The notes under the pieces are model-generated. The model was not told the DNA's origin, made no database searches, and saw only the letters and a program-made list of their open reading frames with translations. The position numbers were made by a program, and so were the translations under genes. A stretch of DNA of 30,736 nt from a virus (taxonomy: Duplodnaviria; Caudoviricetes), in IMG/VR virus record IMGVR_UViG_3300037462_000402, positions 1-30,736 of that record. The stretch is one strand, 5' to 3'. Below are positions 1-8,349 of the stretch, in pieces. Each line of letters begins with the position of its first letter. Positions within the stretch are counted from its first letter, which is position 1.

Positions 1-1358
1 ACGCGCTCAAAGCGATCGGCACGACGGAAGATCAAGCGTTAGAGGCGGGCTTGGTGAGTCGTAACGATCAAGGCCGCATCTATGATCGCTTTCGTAACCG
101 CTTGATGATCCCGATCCGCGATGAACGTGGCCGTCCAGTCGGATTCGGCGCACGCGCCCTTGATCCAGACGATAACCCGAAATACCTCAATTCACCGCAA
201 TCGGCGTTATTCGACAAGAGTAAAACGCTGTTCGGACTCGACACGGCTAAAAAGGCGATCCGTGATCAAGAGACGGTGGTGATCGTGGAAGGCTATGTGG
301 ATGCGATCACCGCGCAACAAGCGGGCTTCCAGCAGGTGGTGGCCCAAATGGGGACGGCACTCACCGAAACGCAACTCAAATTGATTGCGCCGCGTTGGGC
401 TAAAAAGATCATCCTAGCTTTAGACTCCGATACCGCTGGGCAAAATGCGACTCGGCGCAGCTTGGATGTTGCGCGAGAGGTGTTGGCTGCGTCCGGCCGG
501 CTGTCCGTGGATATTCGTATTTTGCAGATCCCCGGCGCGAAAGACCCGGATGATCTGATCCGCGAATCGCGTGAACGATGGGGGGAATTGATCGCGAACG
601 CTCAACCAATCGGAGACTGGTTGTTGGATCTGGAAACGTTGCCAGATGACGCAACGATCTATGAGCGCGAAACGGCAGCGCGGCGATTACTACCGCTGCT
701 GACGGCTAGTGAGAACGATTTGATCCGCCGTGACAATTTGCAAAAACTGGCGGTTCGGCATCGTTTGCCGTTGGATGTCATCCAAACATGGGTTATGCCT
801 ACTAATGACGATCGGCAAACGATCGTAGAGCCAGTGGTGGTGATTACCGATGATGAGGCGAAGGTCGGAATTATTCCGGTCGCGCCGGATGCACTAAATG
901 CGGTAGAAGCGGCATGTATTGCCGAACTCATACGGCAACCTGATCGGATATACGAGATCCGCCGCCGGATGCGCGCCATGTCACCCTTGATGAAAGGGTC
1001 AGACTTGGATGAGACGGATTTTGGCCAGCCGGAAAACCGCGCTTTGATGTGTGTTGTGTTGGCGGCGATCGAACAGGACGATCTTGAACCTGTTGAGTTT
1101 TTACGTGTTAACAGCATGGAATTGCGCGATTATCTGGACGGGTTGTTGACCGTTGAAACCGGTTGGGATCACTGGCTGCGCCTAAAATTGGCTCGGTTTT
1201 GGCGTGAGCAAGATCGGTTGATTATCGCTGGGGCGGGCATTGGGCTAATGATGCAGCTATGGCAGGTAATGGGTGTGTTAACAGAGGCGATTGAAAACGA
1301 AATAGGGCAAGCCGAAAAAGTCCGCACAAGCGGACTTTTCGTTGGTCGGAGGCGGTGA
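1..1358 (+). CDS. dnaG: DnaG-type DNA primase, 5'-truncated by the window edge (Zn-finger missing)
   Basis: The frame is open from position 3 (ALKAIGTTEDQALEAGLVSR...). Motifs YDRFRNRLMIPI, GFGAR, PKYLNSP, Toprim VIVEGYVD, ALDSDTAG and KDPDD. Confidence 0.93.
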   Translation, partial: ALKAIGTTEDQALEAGLVSRNDQGRIYDRFRNRLMIPIRDERGRPVGFGARALDPDDNPKYLNSPQSALFDKSKTLFGLDTAKKAIRDQETVVIVEGYVDAITAQQAGFQQVVAQMGTALTETQLKLIAPRWAKKIILALDSDTAGQNATRRSLDVAREVLAASGRLSVDIRILQIPGAKDPDDLIRESRERWGELIANAQPIGDWLLDLETLPDDATIYERETAARRLLPLLTASENDLIRRDNLQKLAVRHRLPLDVIQTWVMPTNDDRQTIVEPVVVITDDEAKVGIIPVAPDALNAVEAACIAELIRQPDRIYEIRRRMRAMSPLMKGSDLDETDFGQPENRALMCVVLAAIEQDDLEPVEFLRVNSMELRDYLDGLLTVETGWDHWLRLKLARFWREQDRLIIAGAGIGLMMQLWQVMGVLTEAIENEIGQAEKVRTSGLFVGRRR

Positions 1359-1945
1359 TGTTAGGAAATTACGCGGCTTTATATATCGATCCCCCGTGGC
1401 AATTTAGAGTTTGGGGGAGAGACACGGGATCGGGGCGGAGCGCGGAGTCGCACTACCCAACGCTATCGCTAGGCGAGATGCAGCGCCTAGACATGCAATC
1501 AATCATGGCGCGTGACTGCGCTGTGTTCATGTGGGCGTGTATGCCCACACTGCCAGAGGCGCTCGATTTAGGTATGGCATGGGGGCTAACCTACAAAACA
1601 ACCGCTTTTACGTGGGTAAAGCGGAACAGGGTCGCTAACACCTTTTTTGTTGGTCTCGGATATTGGACGAGAGCAAACGCGGAATTGTGCTTGCTGTTCA
1701 CCAGAGGGAAACCCAAACGTAAAAGCAAGCGTGTTCAGCAGATCATTTATGCCCCTGTGGGGCGACACTCCGCTAAGCCGGAGGCAGCTTATCAACGGAT
1801 AGAAGCGCTGATAGACGGGCCATACTGCGAGGTGTTCGCACGTAACACCCGCCCCGGTTGGGACGCGATTGGCAACGAGATCGACGGGCGTGATATTCGC
1901 GATGTGGTTGCCAATCGCGTTGATCAGTTGTCAATCGGCATTTAA
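1358..1945 (+). CDS. MT-A70 family N6-adenine methyltransferase
   Basis: Catalytic DPPW, HYPTL, FMWA, GLGYWTRANAELCL, HSAKP and EVFAR..PGWDAIGNE. GGAGG at 1348-1352 precedes ATG 1358, which is coupled to the dnaG stop. Confidence 0.9.
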   Translation: MLGNYAALYIDPPWQFRVWGRDTGSGRSAESHYPTLSLGEMQRLDMQSIMARDCAVFMWACMPTLPEALDLGMAWGLTYKTTAFTWVKRNRVANTFFVGLGYWTRANAELCLLFTRGKPKRKSKRVQQIIYAPVGRHSAKPEAAYQRIEALIDGPYCEVFARNTRPGWDAIGNEIDGRDIRDVVANRVDQLSIGI

Positions 1946-1981
1946 CAGAGATCAAATTGCAAAAATCTAACGATTATCTGT

Positions 1982-2021
1982 GTGTTACATGATGTACCGT
2001 TAACGTATCACCATGTAACAC
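1982..2021. promoter_or_regulatory. Symmetric inverted repeat upstream of parM: candidate ParR operator / parC centromere
   Basis: GTGTTACATG (1982-1991) and CATGTAACAC (2012-2021) surround a co-centred palindrome CGTTAACG (1998-2005), immediately 5' of the AAGGAG RBS (2031-2036). Confidence 0.55.
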
Positions 2022-2042
2022 GAATTATCTAAGGAGAAAACT

Positions 2043-3152
2043 ATGGGTGTTGAAGTGGTGATACCCCACGCAATCCGTGAGGTGACTGAATCGGAGTTTA
2101 AGTCGCGGGGACTGCGCGCACGTCATCGGGCGCAGGTCATGAAAGACAGCGAGGTCTTTGCTGTGTTATATGCAGATGGCGAACGGCGGTTTGTGGTGGG
2201 ACAAGAGGTTGTCCAAACGGGCGGCGCGGTTCGCTTGGTCGGCGCAGAAAAATATGTACAGGGCTACTTTGACGTGTACATGCTGGCGATGCTCAGCAAA
2301 TTGTGTGCCTCTGGCCATGAAAACATCGTGTTGAGCATTGCCCACCCTCCAGACGCGATCCCACAGGTCGAAAAGATGCTACAGACATTAGTCGGTAAGC
2401 ATCGCATTATCCGGGATGGTCAAGAGATCAGCTATAAAATCTCCGCTGCCTTTCCATGGGATGAGCCAGCCGGGGGCATTGTACGCGCTTTGACACATCC
2501 TTATGCGGCATACAACGCAAACGATCTCAATGTCTATGATAAGGTGCTTATTGTGGACATCGGTGGCAAGGTATCTAGTATTACGCCTGCAATCTTGGGG
2601 CGTGGTAACGAGGTTGAGACATTATTTGACGATGGTACGACTTTTGAACTTGGCATACAAGATGTCCAAGGGCGCTTGGATATGGAGTTGCGGAGTTTAC
2701 ATCCAAACGTGTTTAAGGGAAATGTTCCCCCGACAACGATCGAAGAAGTGTTGAGAGGCCGCGGCGCTGCCAAGATCCAAGGCACTACCCAACACTTCGA
2801 TGAAGCTGTGGCTTTGGCCACAAACGCTATTTTAGATCAGATCGAGAAAATTTACGTTACCAAAATGCGGCGGGCGTTAGACGCACGTCACGTTTTCTTG
2901 ACGGGGGGAGGTAGCGGGTTGCTTGAAAAACAACTGAACGAAATCTTTGAGCATGGGTGTTCGTTGGCTGACAGTTCGCGAGAGATCAACCTCGCAAATC
3001 TGCGCGGCGGGGCTTACGCATTTGAGCAATTTCTACAGGTGGCGCGGGAACGCGAACTTAAAAAGTTGTTTGGCAAATCGGTTACGCCTCGCGTGTTCGT
3101 GTTGGACTTGGGAAATAGTTTCGGTAAGGGGATGGAATTGAATGTCACGTAA
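2043..3152 (+). CDS. parM: ParM/StbA-like actin-fold ATPase, circularly permuted
   Basis: Connect-1 WDEPAGG, phosphate-2 VLIVDIGG, adenosine VFLTGGGS and connect-2 ANLRGG are in order. The phosphate-1 motif VFVLDLGNSFGKG lies at the extreme C-terminus (3093-3131). Confidence 0.85.
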   Translation: MGVEVVIPHAIREVTESEFKSRGLRARHRAQVMKDSEVFAVLYADGERRFVVGQEVVQTGGAVRLVGAEKYVQGYFDVYMLAMLSKLCASGHENIVLSIAHPPDAIPQVEKMLQTLVGKHRIIRDGQEISYKISAAFPWDEPAGGIVRALTHPYAAYNANDLNVYDKVLIVDIGGKVSSITPAILGRGNEVETLFDDGTTFELGIQDVQGRLDMELRSLHPNVFKGNVPPTTIEEVLRGRGAAKIQGTTQHFDEAVALATNAILDQIEKIYVTKMRRALDARHVFLTGGGSGLLEKQLNEIFEHGCSLADSSREINLANLRGGAYAFEQFLQVARERELKKLFGKSVTPRVFVLDLGNSFGKGMELNVT

Positions 3153-3552
3153 ACCCAGATCTGACAAGGGTCGCAAACGACAGCGTAGACAAACTGCTCA
3201 TATACAAGTGCGGTTGAACGCTGTGTATCCGCACGAAGAATCGGCGATCGATATACTCGATTGGCTAATGGAACGTCACAAAGGTGATATGCGAGGCGCG
3301 ATTGCCGAAGCACTTAATGTCGCGGGGGAATCGTTACGCGATGGATGGATATCATCACCCGTCACTAGCGATCAACTCGCGGCCCAGTTGCACACGTTGA
3401 TCGTGGAGGCCAATGGGATGATAGAGCGTTTAAAAAGTGTTGGGGTCATGACTTCCATGGAGCGGGCATCTACGCTAGAGGAAGCGCAAAACTGGAGCGT
3501 AGATGCGTCACGAATGATTGGCGCTGGATATTTTGCAGATGATGAGGATTAA
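3142..3552 (+). CDS. ParR-like adaptor (probable ribbon-helix-helix DNA-binding protein)
   Basis: Overlaps the end of parM. Basic N-terminus, a strand-helix-helix pattern (HIQVRLN..PHEESAIDIL..MRGAIAEAL) and an acidic C-terminal tail. Position matches type II par loci. Confidence 0.65.
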   Translation: MSRKPRSDKGRKRQRRQTAHIQVRLNAVYPHEESAIDILDWLMERHKGDMRGAIAEALNVAGESLRDGWISSPVTSDQLAAQLHTLIVEANGMIERLKSVGVMTSMERASTLEEAQNWSVDASRMIGAGYFADDED

Positions 3553-3592
3553 ATCGCAAAGCTGATGAGGCAAGTTTAGACAACCAAAAAAC

Positions 3593-3618
3593 AAAGGGCG
3601 CTGTAAGGCGCTCTTTTT
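3593..3618 (+). terminator. Rho-independent terminator after parMR
   Basis: Hairpin AAAGGGCGC-TGTAAG-GCGCTCTTT running into a T tract. Confidence 0.65.
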
Positions 3619-3651
3619 GATTCTCTGCACAGGCAGAAGATTGGAGATTTC

Positions 3652-4773
3652 ATGGACGACTTGATAGCCGCAGTGTCGCTCTGGCAGCCTTGGGCGAGTC
3701 TGATCGCCTTGGGTGAAAAAGAATTTGAAACACGAGACTGGATACCCAAAGAACTTCGGCGTGGGCAGCGCTTGCTGATCCACGCAGCCCAAAAAGTTGA
3801 TACCGCTGCGTTTGACAATGCGTATATCGCCAATGCGTTGAAAAAACACGGGATTGTTAATGAACAGTTGCCAACGGGGGTGATCGTTTGCGAAACAGAA
3901 TTGTTAGGTGTTTTTGAGACTGAACTACTGGATCGGTTGACTCCACAAGAGCGCTCAATGGGGAATTTTCGCCCGAAGCGATATGGGTGGCAACTGGAAG
4001 TTAAACGGGTTTTTGACCCGCCATTGCGATACCGTGGTAGCCAAGGGATTTTTTGGGTGGATGCTGAGTTAATTGATGCGCCCGCGCAGATTCAGATTGC
4101 CTCGCCTCACATCTGTCAGCGGTTTACAGATGTGGTACGGATCGAACAGGTGTTGGATCGATACGATCCGTACCACATGACGTTTACTGATCCATTGGCG
4201 TACTGTGGGGGTGTGCATCCTAAATACCAATTGCCTAATACCATTTGGGACAACCCATTTCTCAACCGACGCGATTTGATCGTTGAAGAACAGCTTTTAG
4301 AGTATTGTGTGATGGCCGACGCGCAACTCTCGAAAAAATTCGGGCAGTTGAGCGGTAAAACGATCGTATGTGCCTGTCCCTGTCCACAGGTGTGCCATTG
4401 CCATTGGTTGGCATGGCGGGCTAATTACCCTGTGTGCGAGGCATGTCGCGCTACCCAAAAAATTCGCGTATCAAAGACAGAGCGATGCTCACTTTGTGGA
4501 CACACGTTCTATACCTTGCCTAAAGATCCCTCGCTTGTTTGCCCTTGTTGTGTGCATATCACAGATAAACAGGAGATTGACGCTGCTGTTGAGCGCGCAA
4601 CACGATGGACTTTGCAGGGGTTGGCGCGTCGGCACGGCGGACTCTGGATGTGTGAAATCGACAAGATAAAGGATCGATATGTGATAAAACACAACGAGGT
4701 CATCGGGGAATACGTCTCTGGTGATAGTTACAGGGAAATTCGTGAATGGCTAAGGGGGATTAAACGATCATGA
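3652..4773 (+). CDS. ASCH domain + DUF4326-like domain + Zn-ribbon fusion protein
   Basis: N-terminal ASCH signature SLWQPWASLIALGEKEFETRDW...RGSQGIFW. Middle DUF4326-like YCG..WDNPF...LSGKTIVCAC..CH..WL. C-terminal CxxC pairs. Confidence 0.75.
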   Translation: MDDLIAAVSLWQPWASLIALGEKEFETRDWIPKELRRGQRLLIHAAQKVDTAAFDNAYIANALKKHGIVNEQLPTGVIVCETELLGVFETELLDRLTPQERSMGNFRPKRYGWQLEVKRVFDPPLRYRGSQGIFWVDAELIDAPAQIQIASPHICQRFTDVVRIEQVLDRYDPYHMTFTDPLAYCGGVHPKYQLPNTIWDNPFLNRRDLIVEEQLLEYCVMADAQLSKKFGQLSGKTIVCACPCPQVCHCHWLAWRANYPVCEACRATQKIRVSKTERCSLCGHTFYTLPKDPSLVCPCCVHITDKQEIDAAVERATRWTLQGLARRHGGLWMCEIDKIKDRYVIKHNEVIGEYVSGDSYREIREWLRGIKRS

Positions 4774-5846
4774 ATGAGGCATTACAAAACATCGCCCAAT
4801 TGTTGGGCAAGACGTTAAGCGAAATCGGGCGTGATCTATATGTGATTGCGGCATTTTTGGATGAAAAGAAAAATAAAGGTCTCAAAACCTATGAAATTGA
4901 TCGGTTTGCAAAAACGGAGTTGCGAGAACTACCGACGTATTTTTTCAAACCTGAATATGAAGAAGTGTATCAGAATGTTCTGTTCTTCAAAAAAAGCGAT
5001 CGTTGGTCGGATAACGAAGGATGGATGATACGGAAAACCCCCAACTGGCGCATCAGTTGGCGGCTACGTTGGGGTGAGTATTGTCCAGAACAAAAAGCGT
5101 TGGTTGATCAATGGGAAGCTGAGGAGGCTGCGCGTTTGGCCGCCGAATCCCAAAAGCCCAAACGAAAGGAAACCCGTTTTCATCAAGGCGATTTTGAACA
5201 GTTTAAAACGGATGAGATCGCTTACAGGGCCGCGTGTATGCAATTGCTTGCCATGCGTGCGGCGTATCGGTGGCAGCAAACACATAATAGACAGCAAGTC
5301 GAACACTGGCGCGGGATGCACTATATGTACGACAAACAGTTTAGGATCTTTGTCGATGAACTGTGGTATCGCACAATGGCCCAACCCGATCCCGCGGTGC
5401 ATAAAAGCAAGAAAAAACAAAAAGAGGCCGTTGCTGACTTTGCGAAAGCGCAGAGCTACTTTTTGGAGGCTCACTTGGGTATGACGTTCATTTTATACGA
5501 TGAACAGATCACTGCGAGTCGTACATACTCGATAGATCATATTGTCCATCAGTTTTTCACGCCTGAGTTTATTGATCAGGCGGTAAAAAGCGCTGAAGAA
5601 CCTGATTTGTATGTGGATCTGGAACATAAACCCAAACGCCCCTTACAAAGCGCTGTAGTTCGGTGGTTGCCGGATCATGAAGTCATTGGGGCGTTCATGA
5701 AGTTTTTGAACGAGGATCACGATCCCAAGTCATTTGAGTATGAAGACAAGCGCAAAATTTTGGAGACGTTGCGACGCATGTATGCTCAGGCGGTCGGTCA
5801 ACGACCATTCGATGACTTGCCAACCATTAGCGGATCTAATGAGTAA
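4770..5846 (+). CDS. Hypothetical protein (charged, helical)
   Basis: 358-aa ORF with ATGA overlap on the upstream gene; no motif recognised. Confidence 0.7.
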   Translation: MNEALQNIAQLLGKTLSEIGRDLYVIAAFLDEKKNKGLKTYEIDRFAKTELRELPTYFFKPEYEEVYQNVLFFKKSDRWSDNEGWMIRKTPNWRISWRLRWGEYCPEQKALVDQWEAEEAARLAAESQKPKRKETRFHQGDFEQFKTDEIAYRAACMQLLAMRAAYRWQQTHNRQQVEHWRGMHYMYDKQFRIFVDELWYRTMAQPDPAVHKSKKKQKEAVADFAKAQSYFLEAHLGMTFILYDEQITASRTYSIDHIVHQFFTPEFIDQAVKSAEEPDLYVDLEHKPKRPLQSAVVRWLPDHEVIGAFMKFLNEDHDPKSFEYEDKRKILETLRRMYAQAVGQRPFDDLPTISGSNE

Positions 5847-5934
5847 AGCGATGTTAGGGATGTTGGTGGTTATTAGCATTGGTTTTAACTTCATGATGGC
5901 CGCTTGGTGCATTCAACTACCATGTCCTCAATGA
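5839..5934 (+). CDS. Small putative membrane peptide
   Basis: ATG overlaps the end of the previous gene. MSKAMLGMLVVISIGFNFMMAAW is one hydrophobic segment. Confidence 0.35.
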   Translation: MSKAMLGMLVVISIGFNFMMAAWCIQLPCPQ

Positions 5935-6056
5935 GCGTTTTGAGGAGCTAAAGGGGTGGGTTTATCGCATGTTTGACAGGCGGGGATCGGGAGATTAATT
6001 GATGCCGATACAGCATGATGACTGGGTAATCAACAAAATCTTGGGGGCGTAACCTA

Positions 6057-6608
6057 ATGTGGATACACGTCAGCCACACAGATAGCCGGGCGAGGCAGTT
6101 GGCAGATAGGCATTACAGCCGCCAGACCATTGGAGCGCGGGAATTTACACCGCCGGGCAATAAGATCGTTTTAATTAGCCCGAAACATGATGCCTTGTGG
6201 GTGTCTCACCGTCCCGACCCAACCGCAAATCTAGCGTTACCTCGCCGTGACGGGTTTAACTACTGGGATAACCCGTATTTTAGATCAGAGGGCGACTACA
6301 TCGCTAGTGAGCTAATCATCGAGGCGCTGGGCATTACGCGATACATCTGGGGAGATGATATACCCCCGGACGGTTTTCACAGTTTTATTGATCCCCGCAA
6401 GGTGCGCCCGACAATGCGTCGGGGTGAGCGTACTTGGGGTTACTGCTACCTAAAAGCGGGGTTCGAGTTGCATCCGCGACCGACAAAAGTCCGCGAACTG
6501 CTCCGGTTTGTAATGAGTCGTGAACAATTCCTCGAAATTGCTCCGATCAAACCAAACTATGAACAATTGAGATTGTTTGAGGATGGGGATCAGCATGTTG
6601 ACCGTTGA
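6057..6608 (+). CDS. Mom-like (GNAT-fold) putative DNA-modification protein
   Basis: LADRHY, FRSE..ASELI, SFIDPRKV and GYCYLKAGF parallel the Mom-family pattern HY...S..I...(S/T)(Y/F)xD...G.(Y/F)xAx(G/N)F. C-terminal QLRLF clamp-binding-like motif. Confidence 0.55.
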   Translation: MWIHVSHTDSRARQLADRHYSRQTIGAREFTPPGNKIVLISPKHDALWVSHRPDPTANLALPRRDGFNYWDNPYFRSEGDYIASELIIEALGITRYIWGDDIPPDGFHSFIDPRKVRPTMRRGERTWGYCYLKAGFELHPRPTKVRELLRFVMSREQFLEIAPIKPNYEQLRLFEDGDQHVDR

Positions 6609-6813
6609 GGATTATCAGGCGATCACGAAGATCGGATGGAAGCGAAAGGAACATTATCGTGTGGGCAGCGACAAAGTGGTTAACGACGAAATGGTTACTC
6701 GTTTGCTTCAAATGGGTATTGTGCGTTGGGTGAGTCGGAAACAGCGCACAATCGTTCTAACTAGGTACGGCCGGCGGATCTTTCGGAGATTGCATCCGTA
6801 TTCAAAACAATAA
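6595..6813 (+). CDS. Small basic protein, possible winged-helix
   Basis: VTRLLQMGIVRW...IVLTRYGR resembles the wHTH L..xGxV...LTxxG pattern. Confidence 0.5.
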   Translation: MLTVEDYQAITKIGWKRKEHYRVGSDKVVNDEMVTRLLQMGIVRWVSRKQRTIVLTRYGRRIFRRLHPYSKQ

Positions 6814-6854
6814 TCCCTCACATCGTTTTTACGATGTGACTAGAACAAATCGAC

Positions 6855-6889
6855 TGAAAAGACCTCGCTAATTTAGCGAGGTCTTTTCA
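6855..6889. terminator. Perfect 17-bp inverted repeat, bidirectional terminator-like
   Basis: TGAAAAGACCTCGCTAA-T-TTAGCGAGGTCTTTTCA. A second hairpin, TCACATCGT-TTTT-ACGATGTGA, lies at 6818-6839. Confidence 0.65.
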
Positions 6890-6908
6890 TTTATATAGGG
6901 AGAGTCAG

Positions 6909-7427
6909 ATGACAAAAAAAGAACGTGTTTATCATTGTGCAAATTCGCAATGTGGTGCGTACCACTCTACAACGTTGCGCGAAAGAGCGGCCGAACAGGA
7001 ACTCCGTGCTGCCGGGTGGAGTTGCCATTTGCTGCGTTGGTTCTGCCCAAAGTGCGGGCAAGTCTTATCAAAAACACATAACAAGTATAACTCGCAGAAA
7101 ACGACAGCCGATGGTTTAGAGTTTGACAGCAAAAAAGAAGCGCGGCGCTACTATGAATTGCGTTTAATGTTGCAAGCAGGGCAGATCCGCGATCTGAAAC
7201 ACCACACAAAATTTACATTGATTGAATCCTTCACTGCCTTCAACGGCAAGCTGGAGCGAGGTGTTACGTATGAGGCTGATTTTGTATATCAGGCCCTCGT
7301 TCAAGGGCAGTGGATCACTGTAGTTGAGGATGTGAAATCTGAGATCACACGCAAAAAACCTGACTATGTGATCAAGCGCAAATTGCTTCAGAAGCTTTAC
7401 CACGATCTTTGGTTTGTGGAGAGTTAG
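6909..7427 (+). CDS. DUF1064-family PD-(D/E)xK nuclease with N-terminal Zn-finger
   Basis: KYNSQKT..DG..FDSKKEARRY, YEADFVY, VVEDVK and YVIKRKL; N-terminal CxxxxC...CxxC. Confidence 0.85.
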   Translation: MTKKERVYHCANSQCGAYHSTTLRERAAEQELRAAGWSCHLLRWFCPKCGQVLSKTHNKYNSQKTTADGLEFDSKKEARRYYELRLMLQAGQIRDLKHHTKFTLIESFTAFNGKLERGVTYEADFVYQALVQGQWITVVEDVKSEITRKKPDYVIKRKLLQKLYHDLWFVES

Positions 7428-7428
7428 T

Positions 7429-7902
7429 ATGTTTATTTACGACAATCGTACAGGTCACGATATTGTTGTGATTGACTATACCCATGGCCATTACCTAAAT
7501 CGCCTATCAAACGAGTACCGACTAGCGATTGATCTCAACACCCGCGCCGAGCTTTGTGCAGCTTGGTTTTCTCGCTGGCAAAGCATACCCAAATGCGTGA
7601 TCCCGTCTCGCGATCTGGCTGTGCGTGTTGCACAGCAAACAGGTCTGATCGGACGTTTTGGTGATTTTGAGATCAGCGAGGCATTAAAACCCAAACTCCT
7701 AAACTTGCCAGAACGACGTGAGAACGTCTTACTGATTGTGTCTTCAATTGCCGCAGCGCACATGTTCCATCGTGATGACGTAGTTACGCCTCGAACAGTC
7801 TACAACTGTGGTAGAGAGGCAGTCGCATCAATGCAGTTCTATGTAGGCAATTCCCTAACTGCTTGTCGCCTCAATAAAGTATTGGAGAAACATCGTGTCT
7901 AA
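7429..7902 (+). CDS. Hypothetical protein
   Basis: ATG 1 nt after the upstream stop; ORF fills the operon; no motif recognised. Confidence 0.55.
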   Translation: MFIYDNRTGHDIVVIDYTHGHYLNRLSNEYRLAIDLNTRAELCAAWFSRWQSIPKCVIPSRDLAVRVAQQTGLIGRFGDFEISEALKPKLLNLPERRENVLLIVSSIAAAHMFHRDDVVTPRTVYNCGREAVASMQFYVGNSLTACRLNKVLEKHRV

Positions 7903-8275
7903 ACGCTATTTGGCACCGCCGCAACGCACCGCCGCTAACGCGGAAAATGAGTCCCCATCTTTGATGTCCCTTGATGGGATGTTGATCGCAATGGAAAACC
8001 CTGATCATCCTGAACATGAGAATGTTCAGGAATGGCGCGGGCGCTTACCGGAAGCGCCTCGTCGTGGCCGTCCGCCAGTTGCTGCATATGCTGCTCCCGA
8101 CAAGCCGAATCAGTGTCGGTGTGCGGACTGCAATGAGTGGAAGTCCGTGAGTGAGTTTAGCCCATACAAAAAATCAATCACAGGACGACACTACTATTGT
8201 AAAGCGTGCCGCGCACGTAAGGCTAACAACAAGTGGCGGGCGCAACGCGCACACGGCGTAACTCATCTGACATAA
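7895..8275 (+). CDS. Zn-finger protein (CxxC...CKxC, as in N-termini of phage HNH/EndoVII proteins)
   Basis: CADCNEWKSVSEF...HYYCKAC and an AT-hook-like RRGRP. No HNH core follows. Confidence 0.6.
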   Translation: MSKRYLAPPQRTAANAENESPSLMSLDGMLIAMENPDHPEHENVQEWRGRLPEAPRRGRPPVAAYAAPDKPNQCRCADCNEWKSVSEFSPYKKSITGRHYYCKACRARKANNKWRAQRAHGVTHLT

Positions 8276-8299
8276 AATAGCAGATTTTAGGTACTTTTG

Positions 8300-8308
8300 T
8301 GCTATAAT
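8300..8308 (+). promoter_or_regulatory. Extended -10 promoter (TGcTATAAT), probable late promoter
   Basis: Perfect TGn-TATAAT in the intergenic gap before the packaging operon; no good -35. Confidence 0.6.
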
Positions 8309-8349
8309 GGGGATAGGGCTGTGAGCGTACACACCCGATCCTTATGGAC

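Noticed and set aside
5895-5998. Alternative-frame stretch (AFNYHVLNERFEELKGWVYRMFDRRGSGD) that might continue the small TM peptide via a frameshift
   Set aside because: No slippery site or homology evidence; it could be chance.
6843-6854. GAACAAATCGAC as a possible LexA box (GAAC-N4-GTTC)
   Set aside because: The second half-site has multiple mismatches.
7895-8275. HNH packaging endonuclease upstream of terS
   Set aside because: Only the Zn-finger is present; there is no HNH catalytic motif.
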